From Chrysomallon squamiferum (lineage: Eukaryota; Animalia; Mollusca), in assembly GCA_012295275.1 (NCBI GenBank), contig CM022665.1:4402001-4466000 (forward strand): 64,000 nucleotides of DNA. Reading direction: 5' to 3'. A program made the position numbers and the translations under genes. The first letter of the stretch is position 1; each line of letters starts with the position of its first letter. The notes under the pieces were generated by a model, which worked only from the letters and a program-made list of their open reading frames with translations, had not been told where the DNA came from and did not search any database. This document shows, piece by piece, positions 43,501 through 58,550 of the stretch.

Positions 43501-46500
43501 ACAGGAATTCTTGGCTTCGTGGTAAAAATTAATAACTTTATATTGTCTTTAGTGTGAAAAATTTGAATTACCTTTATTATAATTGATATTTTTGCAGATT
43601 GCATCCAGCTTGTCAAAAAACCCACAAGAAAAAAAACAAAAACATTTTACTCTGCTAAAGATTTTGTCTAAAGGAGCATATTGGCCTGCATTGTTTTAAA
43701 CAAGTGAAAAAAAAATAAAGGTTGACTGCACACGAAAACAAAACAAATTAAAACTTATAAGAAAAATACAAATTACATTTCATAAATAAATGTGTCATTT
43801 TACTTATTAATTTTCTTTCTTTTTCTCAGTTAATTTCACAGAGGTGTAGTTTATGAAAGAAACTTAAACTTCATGTTGCATAATTTGTTTTTCTTTTTCA
43901 GACAAGGACATAGAATTGTCTGATGAAGATGATGACTATGAAGATGAATATTACGACAGTGACGATAGTTTTGTAAGAATACTTTTAAACACACTGAAAA
44001 CGTTTTGATTATTATTGCATCAGGAATCAGAAAGCAAATTTCAGATATTGCTTCACATTTCTGCAATATATAACCTAATTTTCCTATCTGTATTTAGATG
44101 TTTATATTTTTATTACTTTTTTAAAATTGTTTTTACAAAATCTAGATGAATATTGCTGTTAGAAGCCGTTGATAATGTGTTGGAGTTTTTGTAGTAGCCA
44201 TTTTCTTAATCATTTATCTGTAAATGAAAATTGCTTTTCAAAAAAGGAAAAATTTAATACAAAATGTATCACGATACTTATTGTTATTTTTTACTTGATT
44301 ATACCATTTGAAATTTTTTTTTTTTTTTTTTTTAATTGCTTTATATTATAGCAAAATATTTCTATTTTTATGAGTGCTGTCTCAGATAATGGTATACGTT
44401 ATTATTATTTCCTTTTGTTTTCCCACTAACATGATGATTATATTCTGCTGTTACTTTATTATAGACTCATATACGTTTTACTCATTAAGTGATGATAAAT
44501 AATTTTTGTCACTTAGGAAGGTGAGCAGAATGAAAGTCAGATGTCAGCAATACTCTCATTTTTTGAGGAAGCCACAGTTGAAGAACTGATGTCAGTCCCT
44601 GGTTGTTCAAGAAAAAAAGCAGAACGCATCATGGCTTGCCGACCTTTTGAAAACTGGGATGGACTGGTGAATAATTTGTTTTTTCTTTCTTTGTTTCTGT
44701 GGAAATATTCAATTTTAAAAAATGACACCATGTCATTTAACCACCTTAAAATGCAATATTACTCTAAAATAAAATGCATTTGAAGTTCAAATCTAAGTTA
44801 AACTATAAAAAAAAAAAAAAAAAAAAACTTAATAATATGGCGCCAATAGAGACAGAGTTGTAATATTTTGTATGTTTTCTTTGTTTTTTTTCTACAGCTT
44901 TCATTTTCTACTTCTGTTTTTTTTGCATATTGTATAAAATTAAATTAATTAAAAATTAGGCTGCTGGTACCAAGATTTTGTTTTACAAAGAATTTATCCT
45001 GAGTTGCAGTTTTTCAGCTATGAAATATGTTTAATAATATATAATAATGGAAAGAGAATATCAGTCATTTGAAGTTTTAATAAAGTTTAATATTATAATT
45101 TGAACGTTTCAGGTAAAGAAGTTTGATTCAACAAAATCACTTACATCGAATTTGATCTCTGGATGCAAGGAAGCAATCCAGTCTCGCAACTTGGTCATCA
45201 AGCTGATGAAACGTTGTGAGAAGATTGCTGAAGAGATGGAAACAGTTGTTTCAACAATCACCAACAACACGAAGTCAGTGAAAGGTTGCCACATTGACAA
45301 ACAGCCGAGTCTTCTCAGTTCAGAGTACGATAATCAACTTTATTTTTATTTTTTTTGGTTTGGTTTGCTTGTTGTCTTAAGATATATGTTGTTTGGGGAT
45401 CCAGAATTTAGAAATCTGGAAAACTTGAATCTTTTTTCTTTATTTACTTTAGTGTTTTCTCCGACTTTGTTATATTATACATTTGCTAGGCATTTTTGAA
45501 TTAAGAGCATATAAATTTGAGAATTGAAAAAAAGGGAGGTAAAACTCCCCCAAATCCCTAGGACCTGAAAAGACACATTATAAAACAAATTGTTTAGTGG
45601 TAAACTGACAAATATTAGAATTAACTGAGCAGTTGTGAATGTATGTTTTTTAATTTTTTTTTTTAGTAATGTCAATTTAATAGTATATTATTTTAAGAGA
45701 ATATGTAAATAAAATTAATGCAAAAATTATTTTATTGAAGTCTTAAGAATTTTTATAATATATATAAGTAAGGTGATTTCATAAGAATTTGATCTGTATT
45801 ATGTATAAAGTGAATTAAAAAATCTAATCATTTAAAGAAATTCTATAAAGATAATGGGAATTTATATTTTATTATTTTATATACAAATTTAAAACTGTTT
45901 TATGTTTACTTTGTCAGTTTCACAATGAAGCCTTATCAGCTAATAGGACTGAACTGGCTGAAGATTATGCACACGCAACACTTGAATGGAATACTGGCTG
46001 ATGAAATGGTGAGTAAAGAGAGGAATTAAAAAACTGCATTTCATTGTTTATTACCTTTGTCTTCTGTTGTAATTTATCTTAAACATTTAAAAACCAACAA
46101 AAAACCCACACACAGGCAGGACACAGACATGTGTACACAGCACAGCATAAAACTCACAGTGCAACACACACACACACATGCTGACAAACAGTAATATAAT
46201 TGTGTATGGTTTTCAGAATAATAGTTCTAAATATAAAATGAAAAAGTAAATAATTACATATTTGTTACCAAACAATTAGCTAATATAGCCAGACGTAATG
46301 TTATTGTTGTATAAAATAATAATTATTTTCTTTTTTTCATGACCACACTGAACTAAATAATGTGGCAATTGTCCTTTATGAATACTGTAATAATATTAAT
46401 AACATTTATGCTTATTGTAATAATGTTAATTATGATCAGAAGATTGGTTGCAGATGCATTTATCTTCAAGAAAAAAACAATAGAAAATATACTGTTTGTC

Positions 46501-49500
46501 CTGGTTTTTAGGGACTTGGAAAAACTATTCAAGCAATAGCATTCCTTGCTCATTTGCTGGAAAACAAAATTACTGGACCACATGTTATCATTGTGCCATC
46601 TTCAACTATAGGTAAGTTCTTAACATTGTGTCATTATCAGTTATCAGTAAGTCTTTAATCATTTTGTCTAAACAAATGTCAGTAACTTCATATTCTAGTG
46701 TAATCTTCAACTACCAATAACTTCATATTCCAGTATAATCTTCAGCTATCAGTATCTTATATTCTAGTGTAATCTTCAACTACCAGTAGCTTTATATTCC
46801 AGTGTAATCTTCAACTACCAGTAGCTTTATATTCCAGTATAATCTTCAAATACCAGTAATTTCATATTCCAGTTTAATCTTTAGCTATCAGTAAATTGTT
46901 ATCATGTCATGTCATGTTCAGCTGTTAGTAATATGCTGTTCTGGTTTCATTTTCAATTTTCACCGAGTTCATATTATGCCTTTTTCACCCAAATTATCAG
47001 TGTTACAATTATTATATTTTTTTTTTCCAGAGAACTGGTTGCGTGAAATTAAAAAGTGGTGTCCTGCTCTTAATGTGATTGTTTATTACGGTTCTCTGGA
47101 TGAAAGACGTGTTGCCAGACAGCGAATAATGTACAAAAACTCTGTACACTTCAATGTGGTTCTCACAACGTAAGTCATTACTATTCCATTCACTTTGTAT
47201 TATGTCTGTCGATTCTTGAAATGGTTTATTAAAACACCCTTTGTTATGATTCGTTGCATAATGTCCTAAACTGTGTTACTTATATAATATTCAAATAAAA
47301 ATTAAATTCTCCTCAAGATGACAGAACTGCAAAGGGCCACAATTCATGTTAGATGTGTTTCTTTTATATTTTGATTAATTTAGAACTTAAAGATATGATT
47401 GGATATAATATGGTAGTTACCATTGATATAATTTGTCATTACAAGATGTAATTGTTAATTAGGTTTTTCTCACAATATGATTTACTCATGTGTGTTTATC
47501 TCAGTATTGTGTAAATCATAATTTTTTTTTTTTAAATTTTTTTTTTTAACAATTTAATATTTAGACTTGTTGTTATGAATTTAGGATACAGTATACAATC
47601 ATTTAGTTCTTAATATCTTAAGAACTAAACTGTGTATTTTTTGTTGTAGAATTGTTGCAAATTATTTCCCCAAAATACATAAACTGATTCATATGCTAAT
47701 ATAATTATATACACAGTATTCTTTTAAATCTGAACTTTTATTTATTTATAATGGAGCCTAACTTAAATATGCATTTATCTCATTATGTAAAAAGAATCCT
47801 GAAAACAAAAGTACAACATTAAGACATTTCATCTAATAATTAAAAACTCTTATTGCACATTGTAAACTTTACTTTTAATGTAGGTATACTATTGCAACTG
47901 GCAGTGTTGAAGATCGAGCTCTCTTCAAGAAAGCTGCATTTCATTACGCTATATTTGACGAAGGACACATGCTGAAAAACATGGCTTCTTTGAGATTCCA
48001 AAACCTGATGAAAATTTCAGTAGGTGTTTCTGAGCATCTTAAACCATAAAAGGCTATCTCTGTGTTGTTGTTGTTGTTGTCTTTTCTTTAATCCTCACGA
48101 CACGAATTAAACTGAACATATTTAAACTAGTATCACATTAGTAAAAAATAAATAAATAAATAAATAATTTAGTTTAACGAACATTTTGGGCTTTGAATAA
48201 TCAGTAGTCAACATTTACAATAAAGTAATGTTTGTTTTCAGTTTTATTTAAAATATTATTGTTTTAAAATTAATTAATTAATTTATTTTTTTATGGGAGG
48301 TCTGCTTTCAGCTAGTATGTTTAATATTGTGAATGAACAAATGCTATATATTATAAGCCAATTTTTTTTTTTTATCCTAGGTTAGGAAACTTTTTTATGT
48401 ATTTGCATAAAAACGTAAGACAGATATTTCACCAATTAAAATTTAGAAAATATTCTTTGGGTAGGCAGTGATGATTTGTTTATGATGCTGGTTTTGTAGG
48501 CAGAACGTCGACTGTTGTTGACAGGGACTCCACTACAGAACAACTTGCTAGAGCTGATGTCTTTACTGGCTTTTGTTATGCCTGACATATTCCAGGGAAA
48601 GACTGAACATTTGAAACGAATATTCACCTTGATGGGCAGTGTGAGTTACATGGGGCATGGTCGAAAAATGCTTACACCTGTCGTTAATTAAGTCTGTTAT
48701 CATATTTTAAATTTAGATTATAATTCTTGTAAAAGTGCACTTAAGACAAAGAGGCTCAAGTTGAATGTGTATTTATTTTGTTTTTATTTTGTGATTTATT
48801 TTATTAGTTTTGTTAGTATTTTATATTTATTATTTCTTTTTCTTTTTTTTTTTCACCTTTTCTTATTTCATTGCCTCAAGGAAAGTAGTGATAAACTGGT
48901 GGACATTTTTAGTTATTATTTTATCAACTAACTGATTAAATAACTGCCTCTGATGATTTGCAAGAATCCGTCTTTCGCATGTTTTCCTAACTGTATTAAT
49001 TTCAGTTCTTTACCACATAATCGCCTTTTTTTCATTAAATAATGTTTATTTTAGTGAATGTTATAATTTTTGATTTTATGCTAAATTTGGTTGTTATTTT
49101 AAATTTGTAGACAAATGTGGTTTCTAGTATGTTTATCTGTTACGTATCATTGTTAAGAAACCATGTTCAGTACCTAATAACAATTAAATTTATTCATGTA
49201 TTGTTAAAAGTTCATAGTTTGATTTGTATTGCAGAAACCTGGAGATTCATCTCTTGGTGGTTATGAAAAGGAGAGAATAGCACATGCAAAAAGAATTATG
49301 AAACCATTTGTTTTGAGGAGACTGAAATCAGAGGTAAGCTGATAAAAACAAAAATTGGGGTGATAAACAGTTTTCTGATTTTGTAGATCCATACAGAAAA
49401 TAGAGAGGTAATTTCGTTGCAGTCTGAAAAGTTCTTTATAAAAGAGGGGCAAACTAATTATTTTTCTTGATTTTTAAAAGTTTTTTTTTTTTTTTTTTTT

Positions 49501-52500
49501 TTTTTTTTGGCTTTGTTATTGTTATTATTATTATTAATATTATTATCTAAAGTGGGCAATTATTCTTAAATTTCAAAGATCCATTTTTAAAATTTTTTTT
49601 ATTTAATAATGTTTTGTTTTCTAAATTAAGAAGAAGGAATGTTACTAAGTTACATTCATTTATATATTTTGTCTTGAAAACCAAAATAACTGTTATTGTC
49701 TTATTCATTCATTATCATTAGTCAGTTTTGTTTATTCAGTAATTTATATAATCAAGACTGACATTTCTCACATTTTTAAACTTTATTTAAATTTTATTAC
49801 AATTATTATTTTTTTCTTCATATCTTTAAATAATTAATAAAATTTGTGGCCTTTGTTTATTCTGATAGGTTATGGATCAGCTTCCAAAGAAAGAAGACAA
49901 AACTGTTTATCTAAACATGATTCCTGACCAGCAGGATCTCTATGACTCAATGATGACCAAGTTTTCAGAACAGCTTCAAAACGAAAATGAAGATCAGTTG
50001 AAAACAGGAGGAATAGCCATGTTCATGCAGCTGAGAAAAGTGGCCAACCATCCACTGCTCATCAGAAATTTATACAATGACAGCAAGCTGACTACACTGG
50101 CAAAAAAGATAGCAAAAGTAATTATTATTGTTTTAAAATTTATCCTTTATTGAAATCCAATTTTGTTCTCATGATCATTACTTCATGATTTATTTTGAAT
50201 ACTGATTCCTTGCTTTTATCCTTTATAATGCTTTTGTGGATAAATGTAATTTAGAAAAAAAAAAATGTAATATTATTTATTTAATTTGTTTTTCTTATTA
50301 TTATCAGTTTATTTTTTATTTTAATTTTTTTTTTTTTTTTTTCTAGATATTTGTTGTGATTTATTTGTGAAGTGTGAACTATAGTTTCTGTATTTGATTT
50401 TAACATTTCTCACTTTGTATCTCTAGTATAGAGAAACTGTTAACAGTTCACAGCATGCAGATTTTTTATTTATTTATATTTTATTTTATTTTACCACATA
50501 AAAAAATATGCCATGTTATTTGTTGGGTTTTTTTATTGGCACATACTCAGTTTTATATTTATGTATTTTTTATAATGCTTTTTTGATACTTGTGTTTGTC
50601 CTGATATTCATTTAAAAAATTTGTTCACTTTAAAAAGTGAAAAGTATTTCCAAACACTTTCCCTTTATCATCTGGAAAGCTATGTGTTAATACTGAATTT
50701 TTCTACTTACATAATTATATTTTGATTTTTTTACAGATATTTTCTTCATCAGTAAAGATTGATGTATTTAAACATGGTATTTCAATCTTTTTTTTCTGCA
50801 TTTTTTGTATTTTGTCTCCTTTTTTTATAATATATATTTTTTATATTGTGATTATTAATTTTGTTTGTTTTCTTTAGGAGCCATCTCACAAGGATAGAGG
50901 AGCATTACCTAATTTGATACAAGAAGATATGGCAGTGCTGAATGATTTTGACATCCACAAGTTGTGTCTGCATTACAAAGTAAATACTCCATTAATTCTG
51001 TTTGTTTTGTTTTGTTTTGTTTTATTTTATTTTATTTTATTTCCCTGGCCTCTTCTAGTTTTTCTGCATTACAAGGAAAATGTACACTTATAGTCCATTA
51101 TTTATAGTTATGTTTGTTTATTAATTTGAAGCTCGAATATATTTTTCAATTGTGAAATAATTATTTCTATTTGAAGTGGTTTATTTATTTTATTTTTATT
51201 TTTTTTTGGTTGGTTTTTTAAAAAAATGTGTTAATTTTTTTGTATTTTTTGTTTTGTTGTTAATTTTTTTTTTTTTTTTTTTAATTAAAAAATAATAAGA
51301 AAAACTGCAAATTTCTGGAACCAGAAGAAACAAGGAGATACAGACACTTTGTTTAGGTAACTTGTTCTTGCATGCACAGATACATTTTAATTTTAATTTT
51401 TACAGAAATATATTGGTAGCTACAGCTTGGACCAGTCACAGATCAATGATTCTGGAAAGTTCCGTATATTGGATACAATGTTGCCTGAGCTGAAAGAACA
51501 GGTAATTGTCAATAATAATTTATTTCCATAGAAGTTAATTTTAGTCATTAGACAAGTTTCCAGCAGCTGGTCCTGCCTTTAGTAAAAAAAAAAAAAAAAA
51601 AAAAAAAAAAGTGCCATCTTACTGTTGTTTAAATTTCATCATAGCTTAAACTTTGACCTTAGATTCAAAATTATTTCCAGGCATGGAATGGCACTGTTGT
51701 CCCGTTTGCACATATCATTTTTATATTATTATATGTTATTTTTTATATCTCTTTATAAACTAAAATATTCCTTCTTGATTTATTTTTTTAAATTTAATTT
51801 AACCTAAATAATTGTTTTGGCTTGGCTTTACTTTCACTGGAAAGCATTTTTATGCTGATGTATAGTTTTTCTTTTTCTTTTCTTTTCATTTTCTTCTTCT
51901 TCATTTTCATCATCTTCTTCCTTGTGATAATGTTTTGTTATTATTTTTACTTTAGGGTGACAGAGTTCTTTTGTTTAGTCAGTTTACCATGATGCTGGAT
52001 ATCTTGGAGTTGTATATGCAGGACAAAAAATACCGCTACCTTCGACTTGATGGGTCCACACCAGTATCTGAAAGGTTGTCACATGCACAATAATAATTAT
52101 AAATCCTTGTTTTATTTCATCTAAGATCTAAACCGCATTTTATTTATAATTTAATTTGTATTATCAAAAACTGTAAGTATAATCAGTCTTCATTTAATTT
52201 AATTTAATTTACTTTTGGAATAGAGCAGATTCTTGCTTAATAATGTACCGAGGCTGTTTTGTAATCCTGTATAGCTAACAAAAAGTATTTCTGCAAATAA
52301 GTAATATGTTGCAAATGTTCTGTGTAATATTTAAATTTAATTTTAATTTTGTTTTCAGACTACAGTTGATTGATGACTACAACAATGATCCAGACATATT
52401 TATCTTTCTGTTGTCCACTCGCGCTGGAGGTTTGGGGATCAACTTGACCGCAGCTAATGTGGTCATTCTACATGACATTGACTTCAACCCCTACAATGAC

Positions 52501-54379
52501 AAACAGGCTGAGGACAGATGTCATCGTCTTGGACAGACCAAGTATGTCACACTTTTCATGTGAAAAATCAGTATTCTGCTCAGTCCAGTAATTTGTTATC
52601 ATCTGGGTATTTCAGCTATTTTAATTCTGGATATAGTTTTTAGCCAGTTCTTTTTCAGTTCTGGCTCCATTTTGTAGCCAGTATTTTTTATTTTGGGTAT
52701 AATTTTTAGCCAGCCTTCGTGAATTCTGGATAACAGTTTTTCCACTCTTCTTTATTTTGGAGGCCAGTACACCAAATACTAAACAAATGACAAAAGAAGA
52801 TATACACTGTTTTGCAATTTGAGGCTGAAAGTCTTTGTAAGTGATTGTAACTTGGTCATCCAAGCCAACAGATAATTTCTGTAAACATTTTATCTTTTGC
52901 CCTTTGGCTAACAATGTACTTGTTTAGTTTATTTCGATACTTGTTTTGCATCAGGTTTTTCAAAGATGGTCATACTTGCTTTACTTCTCGTTGCTCAATA
53001 AGAAAAGCCTTTGAATTGGCAGCAGTGAATCTTTGCCTCTGTGTTATTGTTAATAAAAAAAAACACTGCTTTCCTGTATATAAATTATTGAAAGAAAAAT
53101 ACTTTGTTGTCTGAATATTCTAAATATAAACTATACTGACATTTTTGGAATTTATTCTGTCTGTTTTATAATCCCTTGTATTTATACTTTGTTCCTGTTC
53201 CAAGTTTCCACACCCTTTTCATCATTAATTTCTTAACAGTTATTTTCATTATTATTATTATTAGCTGAATTGTTTATTTTTATTTCATTATGATTATTAG
53301 CTGAATAGTTATTTCCATTATTAGTATTAGCTGAATAGTTACTTCTATTATTATTATTAGCTTAATAGTTTATTTTTATTATTTTTATTAGCTTATTTCC
53401 ATTATTTTCTTAATAATTATATCATTATTATTAACTAAATAGTTATTTTCATTATTTTCTTAATTATTTTCATTATTACTGGTTTAATAGTTATTTTCAT
53501 TATTAGCTTTATGGTCATTTTCATCATTATTAACTTAATAGTTATTTTCATTATTATTAACTTAATAGTTATTTTCATTATTACTAGTTTAATAGTTATT
53601 TTCATTATTATTGGTTTTCTATTTTCTTACGGTTATTAAAACAGTTCTTAATTTGACACTTTTTCTGTACATAACTCAAGATGTTTTGTCTGGTGTATTT
53701 AGGCAGGTATCTGTGATACGCTTTATAACGAGAGGTACAGTGGAAGAAGCAATGTACAGATGTGCCATGGAGAAGCTCAAGTTAGAGAAGGATGTGACCA
53801 CAAAAGATATTGGTTAGTGACTTAAAATTTCTTGCTTTATTTTTCTCGTTCTTCAAAAATAAATCTTTTGTTTCATCACTGATCAGTTTGAACAAAACAT
53901 GTTATTAACAGAATCCCGAAGTCTCATTGTTCATTAGTGTTGTGTTTCTTGGAAAATATAAATTCTTTTCAGCTATGCACATAATGTTTATCTATCTACC
54001 TGTTGTCTTTTTTCTTCTCTAGCTTAGAAAATAAAAAAATGAAAAATGTACAATTTTAGTTTCTTTCACTCTGCTTTCATACAAAAAAGTTACTGATATG
54101 GTTTTATTTATTTATTTATTAATTTGTTTTGTTGATATTATGATTTTTATTTATTATTATTTTTATAACAGTGATATTCACAAATAAATAAAAATAATTT
54201 TAAAAAAATATATGAAAACAATCTCCAGTTGTGAAAATTCAATAATTTGTACTGTTATTCTTTTTTTTTTTTTTTCATAATCTAATCTTACAGTGAGTGA
54301 TTCAGAAAATCCTACTGATGTTTTGACACTGTTGAAAGAAGCACTTGGGAAGATTAAAAACAATGCATCACAGTCTTGA
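40504..54379 (+). CDS. SMARCAD1: SMARCAD1/Fun30/ETL1-family SNF2 ATP-dependent chromatin remodeller, 21 coding exons, 1019 aa
   Basis: Manually spliced GT-AG exons with consistent phases: 40504-40675, 40977-41196, 42068-42297, 42702-42937, 43285-43402, 43902-43972, 44517-44666, 45113-45324, 45918-46008, 46512-46611, 47031-47169, 47884-48019, 48500-48640, 49235-49333, 49869-50117, 50878-50979, 51406-51501, 51956-52074, 52359-52541, 53703-53812, 54294-54379 (3060 nt including TGA). SNF2 motifs: [117 protein letters not shown]1-type features: N-terminal IPETP, two CUE-like segments (LKVLYP..DLDAL; LHDAFP..W) and DEGH. Confidence 0.96.
46680..46893. repeat. 35-bp minisatellite, about 6 copies, in SMARCAD1 intron 10
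   Basis: Unit CAGTAACTTCATATTCTAGTGTAATCTTCAACTAC starts at 46680, 46715, 46750 and onward. Confidence 0.85.
53232..53612. repeat. degenerate AT-rich tandem repeat (about 25 bp) in SMARCAD1 intron 19
   Basis: Recurring core TTAATAGTTATTTTCATTATTA. Confidence 0.75.
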
Positions 54380-55012
54380 TGATATTCCTCATTAGGAAAA
54401 TAAAACCCTGAATATTTCCGGTGGTTGGCATTACTTGAGGCTCGATTGTCTTAAACATCAGTTGTCAGTGTTAAATACTGGCCTGACCATCCATCATATT
54501 CATCAGTACTCATCAAAAGAACAATACTTGAAGTGCTTAATAATTGAGACGTGGATGATTGTAATAAACCTTGAGACATTTCTGTGCTATTTATTTTTCT
54601 GTTCCATTTTCTCTATAATGATTTGTTGGCGAAAATGTTTCATTTTGGAGTTTCACAGAAGTGTTTCAAGTTATCCTGAAGTTGAAAGAGTTGTTTGTGA
54701 AATGAAGTTATTTAAGGGTAGTGTGGCATCCTAACTGACCGACAATTGAGATTATTTTGTTCAAGCATTATCTGAAATTTATGTAAATATGTGTAGTTTT
54801 GTGTATAGTTTGTTTTGTAAATGTACTACTTGCCTTCTGAGATGGCAGATGTATTTTTAAAATGAAACTGTTGTTTGCAGTTGTTATTATAATACTAATT
54901 TTTAGTACATTACTATAATTAATTTAACAGGAAAACAAAACAAAACAAAAAACATGCCTTTAAAAACAAACAAAACAACGTTAAGCAGTTAAAAGGAGAA
55001 GGAAAACAAACT

Positions 55013-55050
<38 letters not shown>

Positions 55051-56484
55051 TAGATTTACCTTATTAACAATGAACAGGTCTTCTGAGATTGTTTTTATAA
55101 AATAGTTAGAAAAACATGCTTTTCAGACCATTCTAGTAAAAAAAAAAAAAATGGTATTACACTAGCATATTTGACAACCAACCATTTCAATCACTGATGT
55201 TTTCAGCCTACATATTTCTCATGATGCTCTCTACATTGTTTTGCAGTGCATGATGCATAGAGATTGCAAGCACATTAAAAAATGTCAGCATATCCTAGCA
55301 TTGAGCTAACAAAATAGTCGCCCAGATAAGTTTACAATTTACTTTATAAGGAATGTTTTCAAAAGAGAATTGCAAATATTATTTTTTTGTACTGGGTAAC
55401 AAGAAGACAGAGATGATCTAAATGTTGTCTTGTGTTTTTATTTAGAATTTTGTGTCAATTGAATTCTGTTTAACTGTCTTGTTTTCTAGGTTTAAAATAA
55501 TTTTAAAAAGTACGCATGATGTGAAATGTACATGATATTTGATTTATACTGACACTCTGGCAAATTAAAATATTAATAAATTATAAGAGATACTTTTTTA
55601 AAACATGATTCATATTGAATAAGGGCAAGCACTTGGTGTTCATTTGTGTTCAAATGCAAAATCAAATAACTAATTTTTTTTATTTTTCTAGCATTTAATT
55701 ATCTCGTACATAATTTAGTGTTAATTGTGAAATTGGCCCAAAGATTTCAAGTTTAGTTCAAATTACATGGCATTCTGAAATTACAGTGAATATCATTTTG
55801 GTCATATTCACTCAGTGGCTCAGCTGAATTATGTTTACATTAAGTGAAGGTTTAGACATGAGTTTGTGTTAGAGGGTTATTACTTAGAAGAAAGGAGGTT
55901 GCCAGTGAATATCTCCAGTTAGAACCCATTGCTTGTATTCTGGTCTTTAAGACCAGTTACTTAACTACAACTACACACAATTTATACCTATTTAAAGTGA
56001 ATTTGTATGTACATGGTTTTATATACTTGTGTGTGTGTGTGTGTGTTTTTAAAATCATATTTTTTGATAATTTAATTAGCAGTTGTTATTGCAACTCAAA
56101 TGATTTTCTGTATAGTTTTATCTTGAAGATGTGGAATAATTACTAACCACATTATCTGAAAGTTACAATAACAAAATTTAAAAACAAATAAAAATAAAAT
56201 AAAAATGAATATTAATGCTGTTTTATCGTTCCCAGTTTATTATTTTCATTTTCATCAAAATATTGTTAAAATAAGAATAAGTAAGGAAATTAAATCTTTT
56301 AAGATAATTTTTACATGCATTGAAATTGTTTAATAGTTTTTTTTTTTGAATCCGCTAAAACATACAATATTTTAAATATTGTCTTTGTTACTTTACTGTT
56401 TGTGAGAGACCTTGAACGTTATTTCAGATTAACTGGTTTATGTCATGCTTGTAAAATGTTTTAAATTTTACTGTATTCACATGG

Positions 56485-56490
56485 AATAAA
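56485..56490 (+). terminator. candidate polyadenylation signal of SMARCAD1 (3' UTR about 2.1 kb)
   Basis: AATAAA with TGTA upstream and T/GT-rich sequence downstream. Other AATAAA hexamers occur nearer the stop codon, so the choice is uncertain. Confidence 0.4.
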
Positions 56491-56884
56491 TACATTTATT
56501 TGTTTATTATCTGGAGCTTTTAGTTTTTTCTTTTCTTAGTTACCACATAAAAACTATAGGATTTTCCTAAGTATCGGAACAACACGCGATTTTAATTCTA
56601 GCAGAAAATAAATGAATAACAAAATGTTTGTTGAACTATACTTTTATTTTAACATTAATCCAGACAATTTATCCGGCTTCCAGAAAACGGGTTTTAGATG
56701 TATTTAAGAGATAATAATACAAAATTTCGATCTTACCTTTTCACTGTTTATTTTATAATCTTGATAACCAAATAGCGTACTCACCTGTGTTCCAGGCCTG
56801 ATCTTTTACCAAATGTGGAAACTGTTCTGATGTCATGTCATCATTATCATCATCATCATCATTATTATTATTATTATTAAAAGG

Positions 56885-57126
56885 TTCCTAAAACGAGTCG
56901 TCTCATTGCAAAATATTTCGCAAAGAGGGGGATATGGTTTCGATCTCAAACTGTCTTTCAGAATTTGAAGCGAACGAGGAACCGCTTAACTCTTTCATAG
57001 AGTTATACCTCATACAGAGTTACCTCCCCGCCGATGACGGTCTTTACCGAGTGGAACTTGTCGGACAAAAATTTATATATGCCAGCAGAACTTTGAAATG
57101 CGACGGGTTTAATACCAATTCGTGTC
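56885..57126 (+). pseudogene. second, inverted, internally deleted fragment of the same ATP-grasp gene
   Basis: Aligns to the reverse complement of 61806-62105 with three deletions (21, 29 and 8 nt). Translates in part as NCLSEFEANEEPLNSF..QSYLPADDGLYRVELVGQKFIYASRTLKCDGFNTNSC. Confidence 0.9.
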
Positions 57127-57379
57127 ACTTTATTTTTGTTGTTGTTATTATTATTAAAATATTTCTTTGTCATTTCTGTTTCACAGTTTGGCTGCATAAT
57201 ATTAAGAGTTAACAATCAGATTCTTGATACTATGACTCCACTAAATGAATGTTGACATTTTATTTATTCATTTATTTATTTATTTATTTATTTATTTGTA
57301 CTACTTTAAAATTTATCATTTTATATTTTGAAGATCTGAAATACATGACTGCCCGAGCTGCTTTTATCTTCAGCTGATA

Positions 57380-57530
57380 CAGTGGCGTGCAGAGGGGCAT
57401 CATTATTGGGAGGACATCTAGTCTGAGAAAAGAACTTAATATGATACAGTACTGGGTCTTATACTTGAGTCTTTGGGGCATACAGTCAAAGAGTAAGCAC
57501 CGGGCATCACCAGACCTCTGCACGCCACTG
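57380..57530. mobile_element. 151-bp non-autonomous DNA transposon (MITE, hAT-like ends)
   Basis: Perfect 16-bp terminal inverted repeats CAGTGGCGTGCAGAGG / CCTCTGCACGCCACTG. The 8-bp flanks AGCTGATA and AGCTCAGT may be a decayed target-site duplication. Confidence 0.7.
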
Positions 57531-57772
57531 AGCTCAGTCTGTATCCTAGACACAAACCCCTCTTTTTCGGCCCTTTAAATCTGAAACAGAATATCCGTAA
57601 TATGCATACGCATCAACTAATTATTTCTAACTGTATTTAATTAAAATGTTTGCACTTTGCAACAGATGAACACGTTACACCTAAAGTTGGCACCAATGTG
57701 CGACTGAATTGTAACATAATCAAACATATTTGTAACCGCTATGAGCTATACATGTCTGTTGATTAAATGAGT

Positions 57773-57807
<35 letters not shown>

Positions 57808-57812
57808 TATTA

Positions 57813-57846
<34 letters not shown>

Positions 57847-58195
57847 TATTATTATTAAATAAATATATAAATAATAAATTAATTAATGTTGCTGTTTTTA
57901 TACTTTTTGTCATTATTAATATTAACATTAGAGATAAAATTATTATAAACATTTAAAATAACCTGTCGAAATTTGTTTACTGTTTATATAGAAAATATCG
58001 TCGTTTAATTTGGATAATCAGTTCTAAATATTTCTGCACTTCTTTTTAAATTCTTCTTCTTAATTCTTCTTCTTATGTATACAACAAACCAGCTCTCTTA
58101 GTCTCTCTCACTCTCTCTTTCTGTATGTATGTGTGTATTTTGTGTGTTTGTGTGCATCTATGTATGTATAGTGCCACGTACGTATATATGGATAG

Positions 58196-58306
<111 letters not shown>

Positions 58307-58368
58307 ATGTACGTAAATATTGTACAAATGCATACATGCATGACAGAGAGATGAAATAACAGAATGGT

Positions 58369-58550
58369 CTTATCTTTGTATCAGTTCCGGTTATCTTATA
58401 TGGTTACTGATCAGATTTAACACATTTATTATAATTAATTTTATCGAAATAAACATCCTGGTTTAACACATTTTTTCTATAAAAAAGAAGAAAAAGAACA
58501 GCATCAACAAATTCATCAGGCAGAGATAGAAAGGACTGGAAGAACTAAGG
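58369..58550 (+). promoter_or_regulatory. TATA promoter and non-coding first exon of the peptide-precursor gene
   Basis: TATAAAA at 58478-58484, TCA initiator-like sequence about 30 nt downstream, and a strong donor AGG|GTAAGA after 58550. The acceptor TTCTGTAG sits directly before the ATG at 58929. Two TTATCT (GATA) motifs lie near 58370 and 58391. Confidence 0.6.
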
